A DNA stretch of 64,000 nt from Bacillota bacterium. GTDB lineage: Bacteria > Bacillota > Clostridia > Acetivibrionales > JAMNYG01. The position numbers were made by a program, and so were the translations under genes. Location of the stretch: contig JAMNYG010000056.1 in NCBI GenBank assembly GCA_023622945.1, positions 284 through 64,283 on the forward strand, given 5' to 3'. Shown here in pieces: positions 9,289-20,315 of the stretch (position 1 is its first letter; the number at the start of each line of letters is the position of its first letter). Under the pieces are notes generated by a model. That model saw only the letters and a list, made by a program, of their open reading frames with translations. It was not told where the DNA came from and searched no databases.

Positions 9289-10104
9289 ATGAGTTATCTT
9301 GGAAACCCGCTGGTTAAATTTGCGATTAATGTTCTTGTACTGATAGGGCTGTTCATGATCAATGTTTATTTGGGTCTTGGAGTGCTGACGGCTTATATAA
9401 TTTTCAGGATATACACCAACAGGGCACGGATAATGTGTTTTATAGGCAGATTTTACTATGCAAGGAATGATATCCGAAAAACCCTGGCATGGTATGAAAA
9501 AGCCTATAAAACAGGTGCCGCAGCCGCAAATGATGTCATCTCATACGGCTATCTGCTGCTTAAGACGGGAGACCTGGAAAGATCAGAGAAGATTTTCAAC
9601 TCGGTTTGGAACATGAAGCTTAGCAACGACGAAAAGATGCTGTTAAGGTCCAATACGGCACTGGTGCTCTGGAAAAAAGGACAGCTGGATGAAGCAATCG
9701 CCTTATTGGAAGAGGTGTTTTCCGAATTCAAAACAACCACCATATATGGCAGCCTGGGATACCTTCTGATTCTTAAGGGAGACCTGCATAAAGCCCTGGA
9801 ATTCAACCAGGAGGCATACCAGTATAATGATCAGAATCCGGTCATTCTGGACAACCTGGGGCAAAACTATTATCTGATGGGAGAATATGATAAGGCAAGG
9901 GAAATTTATGAAAAGGTTATGGCCAAAAACCCGGATTTCCCTGAGCCATACTATAATTACGGGTTGGTGCTTGCAGCCCTGGGTAAAAAGGAAGAAGCCC
10001 TGGAGATGATGAAAAAGGCGTTAAACTACAACTTTACATTTTTGAGCACGGTGAAGAAAGAAGAAGTGGAAAAGGCAATGGCTGATCTTTCAGAAAATGC
10101 TTAA
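9289..10104 (+). CDS. Membrane-anchored tetratricopeptide (TPR) repeat protein
   Basis: Two N-terminal hydrophobic segments, then TPR-like repeats (LAWYEKAYKTG..., AIALLEEVF..., ALEFNQEAYQYNDQNPVILDNLGQNYYLMGEYDKAREIYEKVMAKNPDFPEPYYNYGLVL). RBS AAGAGG. Confidence 0.8.
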   Translation: MSYLGNPLVKFAINVLVLIGLFMINVYLGLGVLTAYIIFRIYTNRARIMCFIGRFYYARNDIRKTLAWYEKAYKTGAAAANDVISYGYLLLKTGDLERSEKIFNSVWNMKLSNDEKMLLRSNTALVLWKKGQLDEAIALLEEVFSEFKTTTIYGSLGYLLILKGDLHKALEFNQEAYQYNDQNPVILDNLGQNYYLMGEYDKAREIYEKVMAKNPDFPEPYYNYGLVLAALGKKEEALEMMKKALNYNFTFLSTVKKEEVEKAMADLSENA

Positions 10105-10122
10105 CCAATGTTCAATTTTATG

Positions 10123-10151
10123 TTGAGATTTGATAAATAGTGTTGTAAAAT
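10123..10151 (+). promoter_or_regulatory. Candidate sigma-A promoter for pyrG
   Basis: TTGAGA (10123-10128), a 17-nt spacer, then TAAAAT (10146-10151), about 80 nt upstream of the pyrG ATG. Confidence 0.4.
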
Positions 10152-10199
10152 AACGCAGAATATAAAATGGCTGTTATTACTCAGGACAAATTCTTTTAA

Positions 10200-11852
<1,653 letters not shown>

Positions 11853-11909
11853 TCGGGAAAACAGAATTAAACAGAACGGTAAACGGATAAATGAACAAAA
11901 TAGAAACGA

Positions 11910-12031
11910 TAACCGAAAAAACTGTACCAAATCAGAGACATTAACCGGAAAAACTGAATAAAAACAGAAACATCAGTCAAAAAAGAACAAAATTCAAAAA
12001 ACAACAAAATAAAGACGGTAACCGAAAACTT
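11910..12031 (+). repeat. A-rich tract with three copies of TAACCG(G)AAAA(A)CT
   Basis: Copies at 11910-11924, 11942-11956 and 12019-12031, inside a purine-rich ~240-nt region between the pyrG stop and its terminator. Related to the gene end GGGAAAACTCCGGAACAG. Confidence 0.7.
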
Positions 12032-12093
12032 AACAAGATAAAAAAATGCTGGTGATTATATTCCGAAGGCTGTCTGATATTGAATTTGAAAGG

Positions 12094-12121
12094 GAAGTAT
12101 AAAATTATACTTCTTTTTTTT
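12094..12121 (+). terminator. Rho-independent terminator candidate (pyrG 3' end)
   Basis: GAAGTATAA (12094-12102) / TTATACTTC (12105-12113) followed by T8 (12114-12121). Confidence 0.55.
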
Positions 12122-12223
12122 ATGTAAATCTTCGTAGACGGTATAAATTTTATTAACATTGACAATACTTGTACTAACGGGTGAATACTTTCAACACCAA
12201 CAAAAAACAGGGGGAAAATTTTC

Positions 12224-12937
12224 ATGAGTAAGGTTTTGTCAATGGTTAAGGGAACAGGAGCAGGCGGGAGAATTGCCCGGACGGTATGGATAGGAATTGC
12301 ACTGTTTATCGTTCTGGCTTCATCGGTGATTGTTTTGGCAGGATATTCGCGGGAGGTAGGCAAGGGACTTGCAGAAAACATTATAAGGCTGCATGTCATT
12401 GCAAACAGTGATTCTCCTGAAGACCAGGCTCTTAAGAGAGATGTAAGGGATGCTGTCATTGCCTTTATGAAGGAAAGCCTTGAGGAATCCGAAAGCATTG
12501 AACAGACCAGGCTTATTATAAACAATAACATAGATAAAATTATTCAGTTATCCGAAAAAGTAATAAGGGAAAAAGGAAAAGATTATACCGTAAAAGCTAT
12601 GCTCGGGACTTATCCCTTCCCGACCAGGGCTTACGGAGACATAACGCTTCCTGCAGGAAACTACCAGGCTTTGAGAATTATCATAGGGGAAGGTATGGGT
12701 GAAAACTGGTGGTGTGTACTATTTCCTCCTCTGTGTTTTGTGGACGCATCCCACGGCACCATACCTGAATCCGCAAAGGAAGAACTTAGGGATGTGCTGA
12801 CAAGTGAGGAATACAGAATTGTTACCAGCACCGACAGCGACGGTGATATTCCCGTAAGGGTCAGGTTCAAAGTACTGGAATTTTTCCAGTCCTCCATGCT
12901 GAGGTTTAACGGAATGATAAACAGAATGTTCAAATAA
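12224..12937 (+). CDS. spoIIR: Stage II sporulation protein R
   Basis: N-terminal TM segment, then RLHVIANSDSPEDQALKRDVRDAV... and ...WWCVLFPPLCF, both characteristic of SpoIIR. RBS AGGGGGA. Confidence 0.9.
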   Translation: MSKVLSMVKGTGAGGRIARTVWIGIALFIVLASSVIVLAGYSREVGKGLAENIIRLHVIANSDSPEDQALKRDVRDAVIAFMKESLEESESIEQTRLIINNNIDKIIQLSEKVIREKGKDYTVKAMLGTYPFPTRAYGDITLPAGNYQALRIIIGEGMGENWWCVLFPPLCFVDASHGTIPESAKEELRDVLTSEEYRIVTSTDSDGDIPVRVRFKVLEFFQSSMLRFNGMINRMFK

Positions 12938-13073
12938 GCAGAAACAGGTAACACGAAGCGGGTATCAAATGTTTTTCCAGGATGTCAGAAGTTAATGCAC
13001 AGACAGGATGTTAAAAAAGCTAATGTAAAGATGATATTAATTTGTGCATGGTTATCCGCAACTTTTGTCGTGT

Positions 13074-13101
13074 GGACCGGGAAAGTATGCCCGGTCCTTT
13101 T
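13074..13101 (+). terminator. Rho-independent terminator candidate (spoIIR)
   Basis: GGACCGGG (13074-13081) / CCCGGTCC (13090-13097), 8-nt loop, then TTTT. Confidence 0.65.
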
Positions 13102-13178
13102 GATGTGCAAAAAACGAGGAAAGAAATCGCAAAACAAAGTAAAAATTTCAATTAACAGTATTTACCTGAAAGGATTCA

Positions 13179-13187
13179 TGATATACT
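13179..13187 (+). promoter_or_regulatory. Extended -10 promoter candidate for mgtC
   Basis: TGATATACT (TGnTATACT) at 13179-13187, with TTTACC about 16 nt upstream and 34 nt before the mgtC ATG. Confidence 0.35.
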
Positions 13188-13220
13188 GTTATATAAGTAA
13201 TAAATACGGGAGTTGGTTTA

Positions 13221-13889
13221 ATGCTGGAAACCCATTTCCAAATTTTCACAAGACTGCTTCTTGCCTGCATTCTGGGAGGAATAATCGGTTATGAGAGGGA
13301 AAGCTCACAAAGACCTGCAGGATTCAGAACCCATACGCTGGTATGCATAGGGGCAACTCTTGTCATGATTACTTCCGAATATATGTTCAAAAAATATTCC
13401 CCTGTTACAAGTATTGATCCGTCAAGGCTGGGAGCCCAAATAATAAGCGGCATAGGTTTCCTTGGAGCCGGCACTATATTACGGGAGGGGTTTAGCGTTA
13501 AAGGTCTTACAACGGCAGCGAGCATATGGGCTGTGTCCTGTGTCGGCATTGCAGTGGGAATAGGCTTTTACGAAGGAGCCGTTGTCGCAAGCGCTTTTAT
13601 TCTCATAACCCTTTTTCTGCTGAAGAAGATTGAAGGCCGGTTTAACAGACGCAGAAAGTACAGGTTATACCATATATCATTTACAGACATGCCTTCACAG
13701 ATTGCAGATATAAGTTCGGTTTTTGAGAAACACAAAGCTGTAGTAAGGAGGATGGAATTTACCCGAAGCAGCGATGAAAAGGAACTGCAGGTAAAGGTTA
13801 TGGCTTATGTCCCTGATGAGAAGGTGAGGCTTATGATAACAGACAGTCTGTATAACCTGCAGGGAGTAAAAAAGATTACCGAAGACTGA
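13221..13889 (+). CDS. mgtC: MgtC/SapB family membrane protein
   Basis: ...RLLLACILGGIIGYERESSQRPAGFRTHTLVCIGATLVMI... is the MgtC signature. Four to five TM segments plus a cytoplasmic ACT-like C-terminus. Confidence 0.88.
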   Translation: MLETHFQIFTRLLLACILGGIIGYERESSQRPAGFRTHTLVCIGATLVMITSEYMFKKYSPVTSIDPSRLGAQIISGIGFLGAGTILREGFSVKGLTTAASIWAVSCVGIAVGIGFYEGAVVASAFILITLFLLKKIEGRFNRRRKYRLYHISFTDMPSQIADISSVFEKHKAVVRRMEFTRSSDEKELQVKVMAYVPDEKVRLMITDSLYNLQGVKKITED

Positions 13890-14058
13890 ATTACCTGCAT
13901 TGCGCGTAATCCGAGTTCCTCCTGCATGTATCGTGCCGGGAGGGGCTTTTTGTTTTTCCGGAGTCAATACCGCTTATAAACATGTCAAATCTGAAACAGC
14001 ACAATAGTGTCCGTTTTTACCTGGTCTATTTATTTGTTGTCCTGAATATGTATAGGAC

Positions 14059-16824
14059 ATGGACAGAAAGGGGAGATGGACATTGAGCATAATGGAAAAG
14101 TTTCTTAAAAGCGCAGAGGACAAGGACTACAGGCGACTTGGCCTAAGTCAGAGGGAAGCTGAAAAGAAACTTGAGATATTTGGGCACAATACCATAATGA
14201 TTCAAAAGAGGGTATCGCCTCTTAAAATTCTCCTTGATCAATTCAGCGACTTCATGGTGCTTATCCTGCTGGCTTCCACTGCCATATCCGCATTCATGGG
14301 AGAAATGACCGAAGCAGTTACCATTATTTCAATAGTGATAGTGAATGCTATCCTGGGTTTTATCCAGGAATACAGAACCGAAAAAACCCTGGAAGCATTA
14401 AAAAGCCTTGCAGCTCCGACAGCAAGGGTGATAAGGGATGGGAAAACCGTCATCATACCTGCCGAATTGGTAGTGCCCGATGATATCATTGAGCTTGAAG
14501 CAGGAGACAGGGTTCCGGCGGATGCCGTTTTAATTTCATCAAACAGCCTTCAGGTGGATGAATCCCTTCTGACCGGAGAATCGGTGCCCGTAGAAAAAGA
14601 TGTGTACCCGCAAGGCGGCAGAAAAACCGCAGAAGAGCAAAAAAACAATAAGGTTTTCATGGGAACCATTGTTACGGGCGGAAAGGCCAGGGCCATGGTA
14701 TATGCCACTGGCATGAACACCGAGATGGGAAAGATAGCAGGTATGATCCAGGAGATAGAGGATGAACAGACGCCTCTTCAGAAAAGGCTGGATCACCTTG
14801 GGAAAGTGATTGTATACGGATGCCTGGCCATTTGCGCTGTTGTTTCTGTTGCAGGCATACTCAGGGGAGAAGAACTGTTTACAATGCTATTATCAGGAAT
14901 AAGCCTTGCTGTTGCAGCCGTACCCGAGGGCTTGCCGGCAATAGTGACCATTGCGCTGGCCCTTGGAGTTCAGCGTATGCTTAAGAAAAACGCCCTTATA
15001 AGAAAGCTTCCTGCCGTTGAGACGTTAGGCTGCGCCACCGTAATATGTTCAGACAAGACCGGTACGTTAACCGAAAACAGGATGACCGTAAGGAAGATAT
15101 ATGCCGGAGGAAGCCTTGTTGAAGTAAAAGGAATCAGCATAAGTTCACCGGGAGAGTTTTCAGTGGGCAACAGGATCATTAACCCGATAAAGGATGAAAA
15201 TTTAAGGCTTGCCCTTGAAATCGGCGCTCTGTGCAATAATGCCAGGATTGTTAAGGTGCAGCAGGAGGAAGAGGGCGTGGTTCAGAGGATTAAATCCAGG
15301 ATTTTAAAACAAGAAAGCTTTACCATAAGCGGGGATCCCACCGAAGGCGCGCTTCTTACCGCTGCTTATGGAGCAGGACTGACGCCGGAAATGCTGGAAA
15401 AGTATTATTACAGGGTGGATGAAATACCCTTTGATTCCGACAGAAAATGCATGTCTGTGATATGCAGGAACCAGAGGGGAGAGCTGCTTGTCTTCACAAA
15501 AGGGGCTCCCGATGTGATTATAGAAAAATGCACAAAAATAAAAACAGCTTCAGGTATATCCACCTTAAGCCCTTCTCAGAAATCCTCCGTCATGAGAATT
15601 AATGACAGGATGGCAGGTGAGGCGCTGAGGGTTCTGGGACTGGCCTATAAAAAGCTGAGTGCCGGAACCTATGACCGCAGGAATGCTGAGAAAGACCTGA
15701 TTTTTGTCGGTCTCACGGGAATGATAGATCCTCCGAGAAAAGAGGCTTTGGAGGCGGTTCAGAAGTGCAGGCTAGCAGGAATAAAGCCGGTAATGATAAC
15801 CGGAGACCATAAGGGGACAGCTGCGGCCATCGCCCGGGAAGTGGGAATATATAAAGACGGTGATATGGTGCTTACAGGTGTCGAGCTTGATACAATGAGC
15901 GAAACAAGCCTAGAGAGGATTGCCCAAAATGTAAGTGTATATGCCAGGGTATCCCCCAGACACAAGCTTATGATTGTCAGAGCACTGAAAAAGCTGGGGA
16001 ATGTAGTTGCCATGACGGGAGACGGTGTGAATGACGCGCCGGCAATAAAAGAGGCTGATATAGGAGTCTCCATGGGAATAACGGGAACCGATGTCACCAA
16101 GGAAGCCTCTTCCATGATCCTTATGGACGATAATTTTGCTACGATTGTCTCTGCAGTTGAAGAGGGAAGAGTCATATATAATAACATAAGAAAGTTTATC
16201 AGGTATCTCTTGTCCTGCAATATCGGAGAAGTGCTGACCATGTTTGTGGGAATGCTGATTGGACTGCCCATACCCCTTCTTCCAATCCAGATACTTTGGG
16301 TAAACCTGGTGACGGATGGCTTGCCTGCAATTGCCTTAAGCCTTGAACCTGCCGAAAAGGATATCATGATGATTCCTCCCAGGGAACCTGATGAAAGCAT
16401 ATTTTCAAGAGGATTGATCCGACTGATCATTTTCAGGGGTGTGCTCATAGCTTTGTGTACCCTCGTGGTGTTTACAAGCATGCTTTACTTTACCGGGGAC
16501 GTGGACAGAGCCAGGACGGGAGCGTTCCTTACCATAGTTATGACACAGCTTATTCACGTTTTTGAATGTAAGTCCGAGAGGAGGACCATATTCGAAATAC
16601 CCTTCCTCAACAACCCGGCCCTTATACTTTCAGTTATGTGCTCGGTTGCAATGATGATTGTTGTAATATACATACCTGCGCTTCAACCTGTGTTCAATAC
16701 GGTAGCTCTTGATACCAATGACTGGCTCATAGTTTCCGGCTTTTCATTCATTGGTCCTGTATTGGCAAGCTTTTTAAGGGCGTCGCGCGGAAAAAGGGTA
16801 AGGCAAAAGGTAAAGCGTAAGTAA
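14059..16824 (+). CDS. P-type (type IIA) calcium-translocating ATPase
   Basis: TGES motif (LTGESVPVEK), phosphorylation site CSDKTGTLTENRM, hinge GDGVNDAPAIKEADIG, and about 10 TM segments. The start is uncertain: TTG at 14083 sits 8 nt after AAAGGGGA, and ATG at 14092 is another option. Confidence 0.92.
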   Translation: MDRKGRWTLSIMEKFLKSAEDKDYRRLGLSQREAEKKLEIFGHNTIMIQKRVSPLKILLDQFSDFMVLILLASTAISAFMGEMTEAVTIISIVIVNAILGFIQEYRTEKTLEALKSLAAPTARVIRDGKTVIIPAELVVPDDIIELEAGDRVPADAVLISSNSLQVDESLLTGESVPVEKDVYPQGGRKTAEEQKNNKVFMGTIVTGGKARAMVYATGMNTEMGKIAGMIQEIEDEQTPLQKRLDHLGKVIVYGCLAICAVVSVAGILRGEELFTMLLSGISLAVAAVPEGLPAIVTIALALGVQRMLKKNALIRKLPAVETLGCATVICSDKTGTLTENRMTVRKIYAGGSLVEVKGISISSPGEFSVGNRIINPIKDENLRLALEIGALCNNARIVKVQQEEEGVVQRIKSRILKQESFTISGDPTEGALLTAAYGAGLTPEMLEKYYYRVDEIPFDSDRKCMSVICRNQRGELLVFTKGAPDVIIEKCTKIKTASGISTLSPSQKSSVMRINDRMAGEALRVLGLAYKKLSAGTYDRRNAEKDLIFVGLTGMIDPPRKEALEAVQKCRLAGIKPVMITGDHKGTAAAIAREVGIYKDGDMVLTGVELDTMSETSLERIAQNVSVYARVSPRHKLMIVRALKKLGNVVAMTGDGVNDAPAIKEADIGVSMGITGTDVTKEASSMILMDDNFATIVSAVEEGRVIYNNIRKFIRYLLSCNIGEVLTMFVGMLIGLPIPLLPIQILWVNLVTDGLPAIALSLEPAEKDIMMIPPREPDESIFSRGLIRLIIFRGVLIALCTLVVFTSMLYFTGDVDRARTGAFLTIVMTQLIHVFECKSERRTIFEIPFLNNPALILSVMCSVAMMIVVIYIPALQPVFNTVALDTNDWLIVSGFSFIGPVLASFLRASRGKRVRQKVKRK

Positions 16825-16830
16825 GAGAAG

Positions 16831-16920
16831 ACAGGTATTTTAAGAAAGAAGACAGGTATTAAGAAAAGAAGTAAGAAAAAGCAGGTATTTTAAAAGATGA
16901 AGCAGGAGAAAACAGGTATT
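16831..16920 (+). repeat. Degenerate tandem repeat, core (A/G)CAGGTATT x4
   Basis: ACAGGTATT at 16831, 16852 and 16912, and GCAGGTATT at 16881. It starts 7 nt after the ATPase stop and continues the AAGGTAA periodicity of the last 10 codons. Confidence 0.8.
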
Positions 16921-16970
16921 TACGAAACAGGAGAATAAAAAACCAAGACAATATATTTGATAAAAATATG

Positions 16971-16999
16971 GGGACACTTCAGAAGAGGTGTCCCTTTTT
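16971..16999 (+). terminator. Rho-independent terminator (ATPase)
   Basis: GGGACACTTC (16971-16980) / GAGGTGTCCC (16985-16994), loop AGAA, then TTTTT. Confidence 0.75.
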
Positions 17000-17101
17000 C
17001 TCACTTCTTGAAAAACTATATAAAAAAATATATAATGAACTGGTATTTGAATAATAATGATTTCATTTACTGCAGCCCTCTGCAGCAAGACAGCCGACAC
17101 A

Positions 17102-17110
17102 TGTTACAAT
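17102..17110 (+). promoter_or_regulatory. Extended -10 promoter candidate for the ABC operon
   Basis: TGTTACAAT (TGnTACAAT) about 100 nt upstream of the ATG at 17211. No good -35 element. Confidence 0.3.
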
Positions 17111-17210
17111 TTGTTCACAATTTATTCAAATGTATTTCGGATAATATAAACTGTGTACTCCGGCTGCTGTAGGAATTTTTTTTGTTACAACAAAAATAGG
17201 GGGGAAAAGG

Positions 17211-18158
17211 ATGATAGAAATACAGAATTTGACCAAGGTATACGGTCAAATAAAGGCTGTAAACAATATTAGTTTTACAGTGGAAAAAGGTGAAATTCTT
17301 GGTTTTCTCGGCCCCAATGGAGCCGGTAAGACCACTACCATGAATATCATTACCGGATATATACCTTCCACTGAAGGAACCGTGAAGGTAAATGGGTATG
17401 ATATAATGGAGGATCCCAAGGAAGTTAAAAAACGCATCGGTTATATGCCTGAGCAGCCACCATTGTACATGGATATGACGGTGAAAGATTTTCTGGACTT
17501 TGTAAGCGACCTGAAAATGGTTGACAGGAAGAAAAAGAGAAGCCAGATAAGCGATATAATGGAACTTGTCAAAATAACTCATGTAAAGGACAGGCTTATC
17601 AAGAACCTTTCAAAAGGATACAAGCAGAGGGTAGGACTGGCACAGGCGCTTATCGGCAGCCCCGATGTTCTCATTCTGGATGAACCTACAGTAGGTCTGG
17701 ATCCCGTACAGATAATTGAAATAAGAAAACTTATTAAAGCCCTTGGCAAGGAACATACCATTATTTTGAGTTCACATATCCTTCCCGAGGTAAGCGCGGT
17801 ATGTGAGCGGGTTGTTATAATAAACAGGGGAGAAATTGCCGCCATAGACACACCCGAAAACCTTTCAAAAGGTCTTGGAACGGTTTCAAAGCTGTCGGTT
17901 ACCATAGCAGGTCCCAGGAGCTCGGTTATAGGCCACATAAAGGAGATATACGGTGTTAAGTACGTTGAAGCCAGCTCCCAAAAGGATAAGGACGTATTTA
18001 CTTATGTGGTGGAATCGGATAAGGATCTGGATATAAGACGCCCTCTCTTCTTTGCCATGGCCAAGGCCGGTTATCCGATACTTGAGTTAAAATCCATAGG
18101 CATGTCACTTGAGGATATATTCCTCCAGCTGACAACTGAGGAAAAGGAGGTCCATTGA
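17211..18158 (+). CDS. ABC transporter ATP-binding protein (ABC-2 / GldA-like)
   Basis: Walker A GPNGAGKTT, signature LSKGYKQRV, Walker B VLILDEPT. Confidence 0.93.
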   Translation: MIEIQNLTKVYGQIKAVNNISFTVEKGEILGFLGPNGAGKTTTMNIITGYIPSTEGTVKVNGYDIMEDPKEVKKRIGYMPEQPPLYMDMTVKDFLDFVSDLKMVDRKKKRSQISDIMELVKITHVKDRLIKNLSKGYKQRVGLAQALIGSPDVLILDEPTVGLDPVQIIEIRKLIKALGKEHTIILSSHILPEVSAVCERVVIINRGEIAAIDTPENLSKGLGTVSKLSVTIAGPRSSVIGHIKEIYGVKYVEASSQKDKDVFTYVVESDKDLDIRRPLFFAMAKAGYPILELKSIGMSLEDIFLQLTTEEKEVH

Positions 18159-18159
18159 G

Positions 18160-18864
18160 ATGCGAGCCGTTTTCAAAAGAGAATTGATGTCTTACTGCTA
18201 TAACCCGATGGCTTATATTCTTATCGGTTTGTTCATTTTGTTGTCTTCAGTGTTCTTTGTAATAAACCTTTACGGCGCAAACGGCGATTTTTTGTGGAAC
18301 CTTGAAATGATGAGGTTTATACTTGTATTTATTATACCCATTCTGACCATGAGGATTCTCGCTGAAGACAGAAAAACCGGGACGGAAGTTTTGCTCATCA
18401 CTTCTCCCGTAAGCCTTACAGGTGTAGTGTTAGGCAAGTTTTTTGCAGCTTTTGTGGTATTTCTTGCAATGACGGTAATAACCTTTGTATATCCGATAAT
18501 TTTGGTTGCCTTCGGAGCCAGCATAACTCCTCCGTTGATAGGTGCATATGCAGGCTTCATCCTTATTGGCGCGTCCCTTATATCAGTTGGAGTATTTGCT
18601 TCATCTCTTACAGAGAACCAGGTTATAGCAGCCGTCATAAGTTTCATGAGCCTGTTGATAATATGGGTTATCGAGCCCATAGGATATTCTTTGGGAGGAA
18701 TATTCTCCACAATACTCAACTGGCTCTCTGTCTTTTCCAGGTATAATGATTTTGCAGCGGGTATACTGAACATTTCTTCAATAGTGTACCTTATCAGTTT
18801 TACTGCAGTATTTCTTTTCTTAACAATAAGGGTTATTGAAAGAAGACGTTGGAGCCAGGGGTGA
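18160..18864 (+). CDS. ABC-2 type permease (GldF-like)
   Basis: Six predicted TM segments. The ATG is 1 nt after the upstream stop. RBS AAGGAGG. Confidence 0.85.
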   Translation: MRAVFKRELMSYCYNPMAYILIGLFILLSSVFFVINLYGANGDFLWNLEMMRFILVFIIPILTMRILAEDRKTGTEVLLITSPVSLTGVVLGKFFAAFVVFLAMTVITFVYPIILVAFGASITPPLIGAYAGFILIGASLISVGVFASSLTENQVIAAVISFMSLLIIWVIEPIGYSLGGIFSTILNWLSVFSRYNDFAAGILNISSIVYLISFTAVFLFLTIRVIERRRWSQG

Positions 18865-18869
18865 TTGAG

Positions 18870-20315
18870 ATGACAAATAAGAACAAGTTTCTTGGATTCT
18901 TAAATAAAAGAACTCTTAAATACGGTACCAATTCAGTCATAATGATTGCAGCGGTTATTGCCATTGCCGTGGTGATCAATGTTCTTGTAGGAATGGTACC
19001 CCTTAAGATAGACTTAACTCCCGAAAAGCTATATTCCTTGACGGATGTGTCCAGGGAAATTCTCAGCAACCTTGAAAAGGATGTAGTTATATACGGACTG
19101 TTTGATGAAGGTAAGATCGGTTCGGGAAGCCAGTACAGGGAAATGATCGATTTATTGGAAAAATATGATCAGTACCCGAGAGTAACCGTTGAATATGTTG
19201 ATCCTGATAAAAACCCGGGCTTCATAAACAGCTTGAAAACCAGCGAAACAATGAAGATTTCAGCCGAAGACTTTGTTGTAAAGTGTGGAAACAAGGTAAA
19301 GGTGCTTTCATACTATGACCTGTTTAATGTCTACTTCGACCAGCAGACATTTTCCACTCAAACCATAGGATCAAAAGCCGAGCAAGGTTTCACCGGAGCC
19401 ATCAAATATGTCACCTCGGATATAACACCTACAGTTTATTTCATAGAGGGACATGAGGAAATAGCTCTGGACAGTGATCTTACAACGCTGAAGACTCAGC
19501 TTGAAAACAATAACTATGATGTTAAATCCCTGAACCTTATGACCGTACAGGAAGTTCCGGAGGACGCAGAGGTACTGATCGTTGCATCTCCGAAAAAGGA
19601 CCTTTCCATAGATGAAAGAAAGAAGGTTGAAAAATACCTGGAAGGCGGAGGAAAAGCTGTCTTCATGTTTGACTACCTGGAGACAAGCACCACCTTCTCC
19701 CAGTTTGAGGAAATATTCTTAAAGTACAACGTATCATTGAACTATGACAGAGTAAAGGAAAACAATGAAGACAGGCATGTACCCGAAAACCCATATGCTA
19801 TTTTGCTGAACGTTCAAAGAAATGAAATTATACCCCAGGCATTTAATGTATTCCTGGCAAATTCCAGAAGCGTTAATATACTGAAAAACGAAAAGGAATA
19901 TGTAAAGACCATATCCCTGATGAAAACCAGCGATGGAGCCGAAGGAGAACAGGTTGACAAGTCCAGGGGAGACAATATACCGGGACCTCTTGATATAGCC
20001 GTTGCGGTGGAGTACAAAGGAGGAAAGAATCCATCCAAGATTATTGTCATGGGCAACGGATATTTTATAACCGACTCTGCATATGGGACATACGGACCTT
20101 ATTACAACAACGGTATGGTATTCTTCCTGAACTCCCTTAACTGGATGCTGGACAGGAAGGATGAGGTAGTAATACCTCCCAAGAACTATCAAGTTCAAAG
20201 ACTGACCATCACCGCCCAGCAGGCCAACTTAATGGCGGCATTGGTTGTAATAGTCCTGCCGCTTCTGATACTTTGCTCAGGCATGTTCGTCTGGATGAGG
20301 AGGAGACATCTATGA
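18870..20315 (+). CDS. GldG-like ABC-transporter auxiliary protein
   Basis: N- and C-terminal TM anchors around a large extracytoplasmic domain. LKIDLTPEKLYSLTDVSREILSNLEKDVVIYGLF matches the GldG family N-terminal pattern. ATG at 18870 follows GGGGTGA (the ORF track starts at an upstream TTG, 18849). Confidence 0.8.
   Translation: MTNKNKFLGFLNKRTLKYGTNSVIMIAAVIAIAVVINVLVGMVPLKIDLTPEKLYSLTDVSREILSNLEKDVVIYGLFDEGKIGSGSQYREMIDLLEKYDQYPRVTVEYVDPDKNPGFINSLKTSETMKISAEDFVVKCGNKVKVLSYYDLFNVYFDQQTFSTQTIGSKAEQGFTGAIKYVTSDITPTVYFIEGHEEIALDSDLTTLKTQLENNNYDVKSLNLMTVQEVPEDAEVLIVASPKKDLSIDERKKVEKYLEGGGKAVFMFDYLETSTTFSQFEEIFLKYNVSLNYDRVKENNEDRHVPENPYAILLNVQRNEIIPQAFNVFLANSRSVNILKNEKEYVKTISLMKTSDGAEGEQVDKSRGDNIPGPLDIAVAVEYKGGKNPSKIIVMGNGYFITDSAYGTYGPYYNNGMVFFLNSLNWMLDRKDEVVIPPKNYQVQRLTITAQQANLMAALVVIVLPLLILCSGMFVWMRRRHL

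Noticed and set aside
11977-12531. 184-aa minus-strand ORF spanning the pyrG-spoIIR spacer
   Set aside because: It is antisense to the 5' part of spoIIR and runs through the A-rich repeat tract, giving a poly-F/L translation. There is no RBS.
13102-13220. Mg2+ (M-box) riboswitch in front of mgtC
   Set aside because: The region between the spoIIR terminator and mgtC is only ~120 nt, AT-rich, and lacks the multi-helix GC-rich M-box core. It fits a simple promoter (TGATATACT) better.
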